Source of the DNA: Octopus vulgaris
Lineage: Eukaryota
Direction of reading: 5' to 3'
NCBI GenBank assembly: GCA_951406725.2
Contig: OX597831.1
Location: 7,626,001-7,690,000 of the forward strand
Length of the DNA stretch: 64,000 nucleotides
Part shown: positions 49,481 to 62,849 of the stretch, piece after piece
Position numbering within the stretch: position 1 is the stretch's first letter
Layout of the letters: every line of letters begins with the position of its first letter
Notes under the pieces: generated by a model
Databases searched by the model: none
Seen by the model: only the letters and a program-made list of their open reading frames with translations
What the model was told of the DNA's origin: nothing
Translations under genes and position numbers: made by a program

Positions 49481-51400
49481 GGTCACTGATCAGCCTCACT
49501 CTTAAATGTTTCTTTCTCATATATTTATGTTAAACAGTTGCACACTTAGCATTGTAATACACCAGAGAACAGCTTCACTTTTTCCTACAATAAATTACAA
49601 AATATACGTTAGGCTCAAAATTAATTCAACACAACACATTTTATATAAAAATCACAATTATTATCCTCATATCTTCCTCTCTCCCATGTCTTGTTGGTTT
49701 TCAGTTGTCTTTGATGCTTCTACAAATTTGCTTTTTCCTAGGTCGGGGTATTGGCCCTACACAAACCTTTTTTACCTCTGGGAAGAGTAGGTCCCTATTA
49801 GTCAAGCCTCTATCCTTTGACTTGTCCAGCATGGGAGGCCCTATAAGGAGCTTGTATTCTGGTAGTATAGCTCTCTGGGTCACTGAGGCATACAAGCCAC
49901 CACACCACACCACACCAAGGACTGAATCTTGTGGTGGATCGGATGAAATACTTTATTAATAAACGAACATTCATTGGTTTGTTTTTTCATTCTATGTCTG
50001 TTTTCCATGCTAGCACCGTTCAAAAGAATATCATTGAGGGACTGTTTTAATATGCAAATACCTTTCCAGTCACCAACCCTCATCTATTTTACAAGGTGAG
50101 GAAGTTTTTGTCCCACTTGTCTTTAAAGCAGAGCAACCAAGCAATTTGTCGACAGCAAAACGTCAGCATCACTGTCCAGATCTTAGTGAATTTTCAGGGA
50201 AGTGGAGAATATAAACAGTCACAGTCATATACACACATATATATACATACAGGTCAGGTTTTAGTACTCACAAGGCATTAGTCAACCCAGGGCCACAGTA
50301 GGAAGATACTCTCCCAGTGACTGAACACAAAACCACATGGTTGCAAAGCAAACGTCTTAACCACTCAGCCGTTCCTGCAGATAACGGAAGTTACTGTATT
50401 TGATGACACATAAAACACACAGGGTCTCAAAAAAAAAAAAGCCCCACCCTGGTCCTGGATGACAGGTTGCTTTAAATATTCCATGCTTTAATGAACTAAA
50501 AACTTCTTTCCCTGAACATACCCTGCCAGAATAGGGATATGTCTAATATGCCTGTGTTCCATTTTGTGACATCAAATACGGTAACTCTAAAAGATCATGA
50601 GGAATTTTCTGATTTATCTGTCATCTTTTATTTGTTTCAGTCAGCTGAGACTGTGGCCATGCTGGAACACTGTTTTGAAAAATTTTCGTCAAACAAATTG
50701 ACCTTCATACTTTTTTTTTTAATAAACCTGGTACTTATCCTATCAGTCTCTTTTGCTGAACTGCTAAGTTATGGGGGCCATAAACACACCTACACCAGTT
50801 GCCAAACGGTGGGGGAGGGTGGCACAGACACAGATACATATATATACATAATGGTCTTCTTTCAGTTTCCATCTATCGATTCCATTCACAAGGCTTTGGG
50901 TCAGCCCAACGCTATAGTAGAAGACACTTGCCCAAGGTGCCAAGCAGTAGGACTTGAACCAAGAACCATTCTTACCACACATAATTTTAGTAATTTGCAT
51001 ATACAATAAATTACACTTGATATATATAACATATAACGAGTGTATATAATTTTCAGTTAGTATATATAACAGAAGAGCCAAAACGGCAAAAGAGTAAGAT
51101 GACATTTTACTACTGAAGGGGAAAACCAGTGGAAAGCCAAAAACTGTTGGGTAGGGGCTTAATCTGACCGAATCAACCCCAGAAAAATCAATATTGGAAG
51201 GATTTTAACTTGTAAAGTTAAGCAGCTGAACCAAATGCTACAGAGGCATTTAGTGTTGCCAACATGAAAACTCTTTGGCAGAAGAGAAATTAAATAAAAA
51301 CACTTGTTCTATCATGAGTTAGGTAAACAGCTTCCTCCATTCATTTATCCACCAAACAGTGCGTTATGTTCTTCAATATAGTTGTTGTGTTTTATTGAGC

Positions 51401-51464
<64 letters not shown>

Positions 51465-51650
51465 ATGCACACACACACTGCTATCATGCCTATACACATT
51501 CTTTTTCAAGTGAAGTTTTATGCGGTACAATTTCACTTGCAAATTATTTCACAGTATAATCAAACACACTTGTGATCCTACAAAGAAATTGCTAACAGTA
51601 TAGACATAAAGCAATTTCCTTACATTACTGTGTGTGAGTGTATGTGTGTT

Positions 51651-51713
<63 letters not shown>

Positions 51714-51718
51714 GTATG

Positions 51719-51759
<41 letters not shown>

Positions 51760-52643
51760 AAACCGCTTTTCATGATAAAATGGTTCTTCAAATAACTACT
51801 AGCATCTTCAAACCTGGCAGTTTATTATCAAAGACTACTTCAAGAATCAGCATTATTCTAGAATACTTCTATTCTTCGTAGCTTACATTTCATTTTCAAG
51901 ATCTGTTATACAGAAAACAAATAATCAATGATATTCAAGAAATACCACACACACACACACATGTACACAGACACACACACACACATGCAGAGATACATGT
52001 GCATAGCCTCCATGTCTATTTGTTAGTTTAATATAGTTTCCAAACTGCTTATTCAAGCTTGGAAAGGAATCAGTTGAAATTGTGAAATAAGGGGGAAAAA
52101 AAAAAAGGAACTGGGGTGGGTAATTCAATTCTAGATGGATGTCTCCAATGTCATGACACTGGTACTTCAGTTCTGTGCATTAAAAGTACCACTGCAACAA
52201 CAACAACAAGTCCAAATAAGGCAACATGTAGCTAGCTGATGGGGTTAGCAACACATTGATGAAGGGTTAGCAACTTATTGATCCGCAAAGCACAAACCAA
52301 CAGCCTTGTTGGCAGTTGAACAGCTGCAAAGCATTAAAATTCTTTAAACATTGTATTATCACATACATGAGGCTGCTGGATAAAAATCAACTGAATGTCA
52401 GATTAAGGGGAGGGGAAATGTTATGTCGCTTCTCTTGATATCCAATCCAACTGGAATTAACTTTATCCTTAACCCCACACACATACCCCACCTCCAATAT
52501 CAATAAAACATGGAAAAATATCAGAAGTAAATATAGGATTTCATTCTATCTTTCACTTGCTTCAGTCATTGGACAGCGGCCATGCTGGGGTACTTCCTTG
52601 GAGGGTTTAGCTGAACACATCAACCCTAGGACTTATTTTTTAA

Positions 52644-52864
52644 CCCTTTAGTGCTTGCATTATTCCGCCAAAATTAATCCTTTTTTATCCACATTGTTTT
52701 GAACTAATCATGCATTATCTTGTAGCTGTGAGATTTTGATGAGGTAACTGTTAATTTTTAAAACGATATTGTAGGGTTGGTGTGAGAGACCAGATCTGGC
52801 CAGTTTGAACATAAAACAGGCAGAATACTTTTAGTCGGATATGGCCAGTTTAAGTGCTGAAGGG
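52644..52864. mobile_element. piggyBac-type MITE inserted in a SINE
   Basis: Structure TTAA|ccctttag ... ctgaaggg|TTAA. The host SINE reads through (acttattttttaaatctggtacttatt) when the MITE is removed. Confidence 0.85.
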
Positions 52865-54796
52865 TTAAATCTGGTACTTATTCCATTGGCCTCTTTTGCC
52901 AAACTGCTGAGTTATGAAGACCACCAAGCAACACTGGTTGTCAAGTGGTGGTGGTGGTGGTGGTGGGGATCAAACAGAGGTACACCCACCCACACATTAA
53001 TGTTTGTTTTTATGTTACAATAAAAACAATTTTGTTAGATTGTAAGACCACTCAACCCATTTGGTAGAGAACAAATTTACTATTTTTTAACAAGAATAAC
53101 ATTGTTAGTGACTTAGTTTCAGCCAGCAGTTACTAGCCTATAAATGTTTGGAGTTCATCTTGGCTCCTACACACACACATATTCTTTTACTTGTTTCAGT
53201 CATTTGACTGTGGCCATGCTGGAGCACCGCCTTTAATCGAGCAAATCACCCCCAGGACTTATTCTTTATAAGCCAAGTACTTATTCTGTCGGTCTCTTTT
53301 GCCGAACTGCTAAGTTACGGTGACATAAACTGTGTGGGACTGAACCCAGAACCACGTTTTCTGTTGTCTTTTCTGAGAACTATCATTCTAAAGTGAGTAA
53401 ACATATCTTTGGTAGCATGACAATTCTTGTCAAAGATGAGAGAGTAAACTTTGAAACTGTATAAAAAAAAATTGTACTTGTCTGTATGTTTGACAAGCAG
53501 AAGTCCTTCCTGGGAAATTTTCCACTGTCAAGAAAGTAAAAGAAATGCTTGACCTTAAATAGGTGAGTCATGCTTTAAATAGGAGTCAACAAATAACTAT
53601 GAGAATCTAAAACAATGTCAGTGAACCTGGGCTGGTAATCTTATCTGCAGCATTCCTAGTTTCTTAAACACAGAATAACCATAAATGGCAAAAGTCTTTC
53701 ACATTCAACTCTACAAATGAATTGAGGTGATTAAATCTTCATTTTTGACAAGAAACACTTAACAAGAATGAAATCATTTGATAGAATGGTCCCCTTCCAT
53801 TTTTGAAACGCAAATGCAGCTTGTCCATATTCAGTGCAAACAGTTGGTTCTCACCCTTCAACTAAAGAACACCATAATGCATACAGTGAAATGAGATATA
53901 GAAATAATAAATTTGTAGCTTCCGGTTTTAACTTTTCTGCTGCTTTCCAGATCTGTTTTTGACCAACAATCATCATCATCATCGTTTAATTTCTGCTTTC
54001 CATGCTAGCATGGGTTGGATGATTTGACTGAGGACTGGCGAACCACATGGCTGCACCAAGCTCCAATCTGATCTGGCAGAGTTTCTAAATGTCAACCACT
54101 CAGAGAGTGTAGTGGGTGCTTTTACATGCCACCGGCACGAGGGCCAGTCAGGCAGTACTGGCAATGGCCACGCTCAAGTGGTGTTTTTCACATGCCCCCT
54201 GCACAGGAGCCAATCCAGCAGCACTGGCAACAACCTCACTTGAATGTTTTTCACGTGCCGCCGGCACAAGTGCCAGTAAGGCGACGCTGGTAATGATCAC
54301 GTTTGAATGGTGCTTTTTATGTGCCACCGGCACAGAAGCCAGTTAGCTGCTCTGGCAGCAATCACGCTCAGATAGTGCTCGCTGCCAGAACAGCTGATTG
54401 GCTTCCATGCCGGTGGCTCATAAAAAAGGAAATTCAAATTCTTCAACCTGCTCCTACTCATGATTACTAAACCCAATTCTGCAACATTCCACTGCAATAC
54501 TCATCAACAGAACAGCCACAGCCTATTTGGGTGACCATCTTCAACAGGTCAACATTACAACATCCATCGGTAAAACTCTCTTCAATGGAACCACAGTGTA
54601 ACCAATTTCCTGTGCAGCTCAGTCTTCCAAATGGAATTCTGTTTCTAGTAGAGATAAATGTCAATTTGACCACCTGGGTCACCATTATCTTCTCTCTCTC
54701 TCCTCCTATAGCAGTAACCACATATTTCTGCTACAATCATCTGTCTCTATCCTTATATCATATTTTAACCACTGAGCCATGTACCTTCAGCTGGCA

Positions 54797-55137
54797 GTGA
54801 AGGTACATGGCTCAGTGGTTAGAGTATCAGGCTTACAATCGTGACATTGTAAGTTCAATTCTCAGACCAGGCTATGTGTTCTGTTCTCAAGCAAGACACT
54901 AATATTTCATGTTGTTCCAGTTCACTCAGCTGTAGAAAGGAGTTGTGATGTCCCACTGGTGCCAAGCTGTTTTGGCCATTGTCTTTCCCTTGGACAACAT
55001 TGGTGGCGTGGAAGAGGGGAGGCTGGTATGCATGGGTGACTGGTGGTCTTCCCTAAAACAACCTTGCCTGGACTTGTGCCTTGGAGTGGAACTTTCTAGG
55101 TGCAATCCCATGGTCATTCATGACCAAAGGGGTCTTT
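54797..55137 (+). mobile_element. tRNA-derived SINE (head H2, tail T4)
   Basis: Head gtgaaggtacatggctcagtgg. The tail is shared with 9460-9675. Confidence 0.8.
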
Positions 55138-56299
55138 TGTTGTTTTTTTTTTATCATCTGGCACAAAGCTACCTCCTTTAATATTACACCTACCTCAGTT
55201 GAAGCCTTGTCTTACAAGTTACTTGGCAACCTGACTGGTGCCAGTGCCATGTATAAAGCACCCAATCCACTCTGTGAAATGGTTGGCATTAGGAAGGGAA
55301 TCCTACCATAGAAATCTTGCCAAAGCAGACAGACAGAAAAGCTTGATGCAACCCTATGGATTGCCAGCCCCCGTTGAAGTGTCTAGCTCATGGAAAACAG
55401 ATGCGAAATGGTGATGATGATGATGATAAGTTGTGTCACCACCATGCATAATGATGACACTACAAGCTTAATGATGAGCAAGGTTAATTAATTTAACAGG
55501 ACTGACCTTCAACTCATAATAATTATTATGATTAAACTGTATTAAATGATGATGATGATTAAACCAATTAAGCAAATCTCCAGGTTTAGTCAGATTGTTC
55601 AAGTAAAGACTGTTCTATTGAGGAGTGGAAGTTAGTCTTTTTGTAAGATATCTGGTGGGTTGCAGGGCAAAGGAATAATTTAATTGCATAGAAAAAGGAT
55701 TGCCTCAAAATGTAATTCCTTCATTTTTCTGTCATTTCCCTTGAACAAAAGGGAAAGTGTTTCCAACAAAATTCCCCTTTGATGTGCTTCACTGTTTTCA
55801 GTAGGACCTGTTGTTTAGGCTTGAATATCATTGTTTCTAACCCCTCCCCCCTTTTACCATTCACCTCCTCCATGGGGGTCTTATTAGAAGCGTTTTGTCA
55901 TTACATTTTTTGGTTGGATTTCCAAATATGACTAACTTAGACTATGGATGTTAACCAAGCATCTCATTCTTGGTCTACCCTGCCAGTCGGCTCCAATTGT
56001 AGAATTTGTATCTTGGAACATAAATTTGGATACTCAGGTTAAGTGGATTGAAGATAGAGCGTTAATGACGATGAATTTACAGGTCTGTATTTAAGAGATG
56101 AGGAATTATGTACATTATTTACATTTGACAGATATTTGTCCTCATCTTGTTTGTTGTTAACACAACGTTTCGGCTGATATACCCTCCAGCCTTCATCAGG
56201 TATCTTGGGGAAATTTCGAACCTGGGTTCTCATTCCTAATAGAGAGCCATAATCGAATCGCTCTCCAAAATGGTACAATAGCTGACATAAAACCGATTC

Positions 56300-57100
56300 C
56301 AAATGTTATAGATGAGCATCTGATATGAGCATCACAAGCCATGTTATCTTTGGCAGGTTTGTGTCAAACATCATAATTTTAGAGTGATAATCATACACAG
56401 CAATGAAGAATATCATCATTCCATTTTTACCTCTGCCTTTGAGGTTAAATACGAATGAGATGGCTTACTGAGCAATGAGTAATATAGAATAGCATCAAAG
56501 TAAAAATGTTTGTCATTTCCTGAAACTTTTTGCAAAAGCCATAGACTCCTTTTCAACAAAAGATTTTGCTTGGAGCAAACAAGAGTTCTGGAGAAGAAAG
56601 TGACAGGTTTATTACACTGTGAAAAAACAGCCAAAATTATAGTTTGAGAAACAAGTTTCAGCATGTAGTTGAACTTTGGGTAAGAGAGAAAGAGAGAGAG
56701 AGAGAGAGATTAGCAATTGAAGCTTTAAACAGATTAATGTCTTTAGGTGTCTCTTCTGCAATGATAAAGCAATATTTAGTAACAGCTGAATTAGTTCTGA
56801 GAAAGGAGATACCTATCAAGATTGATAATTAAACAAACCTACAAGTTATTTAGTATTCCAGACATCAGGAAATCAATGAGGAGAGGGTCTCAATCTTTCT
56901 GGGTCAAGTTGCAGAGAATTATTTTCTATTTTGTATCCAAGGAAACAAATGGATGTTTCAGTCAAGATCCTACTGAACTTCTCGGTAGTTTTGCTAATGG
57001 CGGTAACATCAAGACAGGCCAGACTCTTTTGATATCGTTGTTGGTAATTACACCATCCATCACTCTTAGAAAAGTGCTTACGGAACAAGACACACGAAAT
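56300..57100 (-). mobile_element. Decayed Gypsy/Ty3 pol fragment (RT and RNase H)
   Basis: Translates FLGYKIENNSLQLDPERLRP (RT C-terminal pattern LGxxI...PDPER) and AVFSQCNKPVTFFSRTL (RNase H) across frameshifts. Confidence 0.75.
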
Positions 57101-57625
57101 GGTAAGCATCCACCGGCTTGATTTGCAATGTGTATATATATATATATACATCATATATAATTTGTATATATATACATCATTGTATGCTGCTTTCAGAATC
57201 AGTTTACTGTTGAATTCATTGTAGAAAATAAAATGCAGAAGATCTTGATTTTCAGTATAAGGAAATGGATGTGCATCTGGAGAGCAAAAGCAATTTGTTA
57301 TTTGTGAAAAGTCAATAACCTGGTTATTGCACTGGTTTCTTGCAGCTACCAATGGTACTTGCCATGGAGTGAGTGACAGCTCAATGATAATGTCATGAAG
57401 AAGTCATTTTCTATTCTCTCTGATAAAGATTTTATCAAACTGAAAAGTGGTGAAGTTTAGAAACAATTGGCGGAGAAGCAAAGAGAAATCACAAACATTG
57501 GGATAAATTGATTAACGTAAACTTTTATGTTCTTCCCAAGTTATGCTTTCTAAGTCATGTCCCAGAAAGAATCATAAAAGGCCAAATTTAAATGTGTCTT
57601 TTCAAACAAATAACTATATATAAGA

Positions 57626-57991
57626 CTAGCATTATGACCCGTCAACGCCGGGTCATAGTGCTAGTGCATGCATATACAGCTGCATGCATATGCACATACG
57701 CGCGAGTACTGTCCAAATCTCCAACCAATCGCATACAGCTAGCTGGCATTCAATTGGCGTATCAAGTTTCAGGCATTTTGATTGGGTTTTGGATAGAAAA
57801 TTCACAAAAAAGTCACTTCTATTGATTTTTTTAATGGCTTTGCATGGTGACTGGGGAAATGTAAAGATGTGCATGACCACCCTTGGACGGTTTTGAATGA
57901 CCACAGAAAGTGCGAGCCCTCTAACTGAAAAATTGTGGATTTGTATAAAGGACACACACACACAGACATTTGCCGTTTATATATATAGAGA
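57626..57991 (-). mobile_element. Non-autonomous Helitron, family B, complete
   Basis: On the minus strand A|TCtctatatatataaac ... hairpin ... CTAG|T. The terminal hairpin has a 16-bp stem at 57626-57664. Confidence 0.88.
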
Positions 57992-58134
57992 TGTCTGAGA
58001 TACAGAAAAATGAAAAAAACAGGGCTTCGTTTGAGTTCAGAATTCAAAGACATTGTTAAGATGCTGAGAGGGAAAGATTTTTGTAAACTTGCTCATCCAT
58101 CAAACTGGCTAGACTACCATATGATACACTATCA

Positions 58135-58183
<49 letters not shown>

Positions 58184-59008
58184 CTATATAATATTATATG
58201 ATAGTCTCATGATAGCCAAATTATTAAATGCTTTCCTGCCAGAAATAGAGAGTTAATTCCAACAACCATCAAAAATAGGTGAATGAGACTGTAACACAAT
58301 ATTATATTTTTAAAAATAAATGATGATGATGATGGTGATGATGATGATAATCCTTCCTACTATAGGCACAAGGCCTGAACTGTTAGGGAAGGAGCTAGTT
58401 GATTACATCAACCCCAGTATTCAACTGGTACTTATTTTACTGACACTAAAAGGATGAAAAGCAAAGTTGACCTTCATCCTTTGTTGAATTTGAAGTGAGA
58501 ACATAAAGGCGGACGAAATACCCCTAGGCATTCTACTTAGAGGAGTGGGGAGCATATCAATAATAATAATAATAATAATAATAAACCACACTATTAACTA
58601 ATATATGGGTACATGTTTTCCTCATTTCTGGATTTTTGACAACTGTGTGTATGTGTGTGTGTGTACACTGAGAATAGCTTTTAAGTCCATTTCCTTGATG
58701 TGTCCGAGTTATAAATGTTGATGGTGTGGATAGGCTTATGAAAAATATCCAATCATTTTGGCAGTTGAGACATGTTTCATTCTTTGCTTGACCAGCACAA
58801 AAATTGTACTTCCATCTCTGGAAATTCAGTTGTGTGCTCACTAATAAGGGAGTTCGACTGTATTTGCAACATTTTCTGAAACCATTGAGACTAAGGAAAA
58901 ATTGTTGGTCAGTCTCTGTATGTCTCTTCACAGCTTCCAGAGTTTGATCTGGAAATTTAATGAAAAGTTTTCAAGAAATCTTTATCAAGAATTTTGGTTA
59001 ATGCTCAC

Positions 59009-59620
59009 CTAATGATAGCAATTTATAGTTTCACTATCTGATGAGGATGCCTAGAATTGTATCATAAGAGTGTCTTCTTCGCTTAGTAACTGTTTTCACA
59101 ATTACAATTGAAATCTACAAAATTTATATATTTCTGTTTAATGATGCTATCAAGGGAAACTTTTGCAATGCTGTAGTTGATACAATTTTCAATATGGCTG
59201 AAGAGGGAAGATGAGAAGTTGTTAGTTGAACCAAGTGAATCGTTGTTATTCAGTTGAGTCTGAGAATTCAACAAGAAACTTTAAGAATCTGGTTTCCAAC
59301 TGTGTCCACTCTGTGCTTGTATCTAATGAAGTCCCACCAAAGAAAATTTTCCATTGTTAATTCTTCTGTTCCATTGAGGAAAGACGTGTCCCAGACCCAG
59401 AATACTTTCTGGTTGAAATTGTGAATATAATTGTTTCGGAATTTCAGCAGAATTGCTGTGACGTGAAATAATTGTTGAGAATGAAATGGTTTCATTCGGC
59501 TAAAACGTTCATCTTAATAATTCAAAGCACGAGTGTAAAGCAGACGTATTACAAATGGCTGGCTGCCAGTTTATTATAATGCAATTGGACAGAAAGTAGC
59601 AACGATTTCGTAGCAATGTG
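59009..59620 (-). promoter_or_regulatory. Candidate non-coding first exon and promoter of the Roco gene
   Basis: Repeat-free unique block ending in donor TAG|GTGAGC at 59008. Tandem GTAGCAAC and GTAGCAAT (RFX half-site-like) at 59596-59617. Inference only. Confidence 0.25.
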
Positions 59621-60940
59621 TCAAATAGTTGTCAAACTAATGAGACCTTTGTACCTTCACTTATAAATCAATTCACATCTTCGATGTGGTATAAGAATAT
59701 AAGTCAATCCCAATGTTTTATATTAGCGACACCGCCTCGACGATGAAAGACTAAGTTCACTTCGGTGTGATTTCAACTCAGAACATAAATGGCTGTAACT
59801 TAAGACAGCACAGAATTTTGTTGAACGGTTTAATGATTCAGTTAATCTAAATTATTGTTGTCTCCTTAATGACGTGGTACATTTGTAATTAATTTTCTAA
59901 CCACACACAACACCAACGACATCAAAATATCACAAAAAGAACCATGAGCGAACCTCAAGCAGCAGTCAATTATTCAAATGACATCCTACAATCTTTAAGA
60001 AACGATGGAGTCCCTAATATAAAAAAAGAGACGGGATCTTAAACGGTAAACAGCCGAATGTCTTTTAGTCCTTAGGTTTTTGATCGATCATTGCTGACCT
60101 GGGGCTAAACAACGACGCAAAGCACTTACAGAAAAAAATTTATCAAATAATTTTAAATATTTTATCAATGAAGTTATTTTTCTAGAAAATAAAACTCCTT
60201 TCAACGGTCTAAAAATTAAAGTCGTCTTTATTTGTACACAGTCTATCTTGAACTATATTATTCAATGTTTCCTCCCCGCTTTTTTGAAGATGGTAGAGCA
60301 TGATTTAAGGAAAATATGGTTGCTATTTCTTGCAAGTTCAGTGACCTTGAAGTCCCAATGAGAATAGATTATTGTAAGATGTATATTAGTGATACTGGAA
60401 GTGCCTTAAATGAAGAATTCCAGGTAAAGTGGCGAGAAGTAGATAGGAATAGGGGCGGAAGATCAATATGATATCGAAGATGGAAAGAATAAGGCATTTT
60501 GTTTCTGATAAAATGCTAAGATTCACAAAGGCGAAGCAGGAAAGACATGGGGATGCTACAGAAACTATGAAATGTCTGGCAATTCCTACTAAAATTAAAA
60601 TTAAGATTTGTAATACAAAACCAGTTTTGGAATGGTTACCCTTGAAGTTCCATACTTCATGAAAAAGGAAGAGTATTTGGGGGTTGGTTGTGGGAGCGGG
60701 GAGTTCTTTCAATCTTATTATTCCTGTGCTCCATGCATCGACAATTATGTTCCCGAAGAAAAAAAGTTCCCCCAACTTTCCACTTCTTTTTACATTTTTG
60801 CCCCTCACCATCGCCACTTTGGTATTCCCATTTCCTTTCTCAAGAGGTATGGGACATCAAAGAATAAACTATTCTAAAACACCTCCCTAGACAACAAAAC
60901 TATAGAACTCATGTTCTATATATATATATATATATATATA

Positions 60941-61150
60941 TAGTTAATCCAAACAAGAAAACACAGAAAGCACAGCAACGCGAGGACGTGGAACAAATAA
61001 AGTATTATTGGACGCTCAGGAAAGAAGGGAAGAAGGAGGGTTTAACGTTTCGAGCGGAGCTCTTCGTCGGAAACAAAGGAGAAGGAAAGATCCCGAGAAA
61101 GGAAGACAGAGGAAAAAAATTGCTGGCGGTGCTCACGAGGTCACACGTTG
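60941..61150. mobile_element. Penelope-like terminal fragment in (TA)n
   Basis: Motif acgtttcgagcggagctcttcgtcgg. A related remnant lies at about 45320-45500. Confidence 0.5.
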
Positions 61151-61206
<56 letters not shown>

Positions 61207-61633
61207 GACAGTAGTTCATATATCCGAAAAGAGGTGCACTCTAGACATTAGAGCAGTAAAACAACAATTTGGGGTTAAAAAGAAAGAAAAGCTCTCAGAT
61301 ACGCTACACTCGACATAAAGAGATAACAAGAAAATGAGCGAGGAAATGGAAACTGAAGCGTTTAATATCTTTAGAAAAATTAGAAAAACAGACGAAAGGC
61401 TATAAAACACACTGCAGAAAATATTGAAGAGTCAACTGATCATGAAAATGATTGGCGACATAATGTGGTGTACAAGACCAGCAGAAAGAACTTTGCTATC
61501 GCAAGAAATACGGTAACCATTGGCGTCAATAACCGTTTAATTGGCATGTTTAATGAAGCTGACAATGAGGTCCTCGCTAAATCAGGCATGGGCAATCTTT
61601 ATCAGAGAAGTAGGCCGCATGAGACGTGGTTGA

Positions 61634-61970
61634 GCGGTCCAAAACGTGGTCCTATGTTATTCGTAAGACCCGCAGAAGAGAATGCAGGTCAACTCCCGAC
61701 ACCGAGAGCATCGACGGATGGATGAATGAATGCGCATCCAGGCTCAGCGGTTGCGCAGGAAGTCGGGGACAAGAAACAGGAAGAAAGAGTGAAAGAAAAG
61801 TTGGAGCGAAAGAGTACCACAGCCCCCCCCCCTGCCGGAGCCTCGTGGAGCTTTATTTAGGTGTTTTCGCTCAATAAACACAACACACACAACGCCCGGT
61901 CTGGGAATCGAAACCGCGATCCTCCGACCGCGAGTCCGCTGCCCTAACCATTGGGCCCTTGCGCCTCCAC
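61634..61970 (-). mobile_element. tRNA-derived SINE (head H1, tail T2), young copy
   Basis: CpG-rich with intact A and B boxes. 14-bp TSD tgagacgtggttga at 61620-61633 and 61972-61985. Confidence 0.92.
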
Positions 61971-62110
61971 TTGAGACGTGGTTGATCCTCAGGTGGGCCA
62001 CACTACTAGAAAAAAAAATTAAAGATCATTTTTCATTAGGCGTGCCATTTAGAAAGTTCCGGGGGCAGCAGCTTGCCTCTGACTATTCTAAATGATTACT
62101 TGACCAGCTA

Positions 62111-62222
62111 TAAAATCTTCAAAACACGCTCATCTACCTTTGAAAAAGAAAAAAATACGTAGAACTAAAATCTTCAAAACACGCTCATCTACCTTTGAAA
62201 AAGAAAAAAATACGTAGAACTA
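62111..62222. repeat. Exact 55-bp tandem duplication
   Basis: taaaatcttc...tacgtagaac occurs twice. Confidence 0.93.
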
Positions 62223-62549
62223 CTTCATATGATGACAGATTGAAAATGGAATGGGATAGTCGTGTCTGGGACGACTTAATCGATTAAGAGGTTGATATTT
62301 GCAACTTGTAACTAAACAAAACTTCCCTGTCCATAGATTGCGAATTCTTGATTACGACTAATTAGGGAATTGGTAATTTGGAGAGATGAGATTGAGTAGA
62401 AGACAGAAGAGGCACTTTTGGTTTAGATATAAATGGAATAGTTTGAGACATAATCAAGCATCGAATCTATTACTTGATCAAATACAGGGATTTAAGAAAA
62501 TAGATTACTACACACACATCAAAATAGGAGATGGTCAAATATTTCTGAT

Positions 62550-62849
62550 ATATTTATATATAGAAGTGAAGTTGTGTGTCTGTCTCCTACGATTTAGATT
62601 CCTAACTACTCCCACATTTTGCGGTGCAGTTTAACCAAAACCGGGTATCTTATAGTCGTGATTCATATCGAGCCCTTCTGGGTATTAGCGCGCGTCTACA
62701 ATGAGTCTACGATTTAAAAAAAATTTACCATCATTTTTTTCCCATTTTTAATGCATTTTTTTTGCTATTATATAAGGGAAGTAACTCTCTAAAAATGCTT
62801 ATATACTTATTTCCCTTACAAACCGAGCAACGCCGGGCGATACTGCTAG
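62550..62849 (+). mobile_element. Non-autonomous Helitron, family A, copy 2 (internally shorter)
   Basis: Same 3' end ccgagcaacgccgggcgatactgCTAG|T as the copy ending at 24902. The 5' boundary is approximate. Confidence 0.85.

Noticed and set aside
60386-60890. Cluster of overlapping ORFs of 64-143 aa
   Set aside because: No recognisable domain or convincing splice structure.
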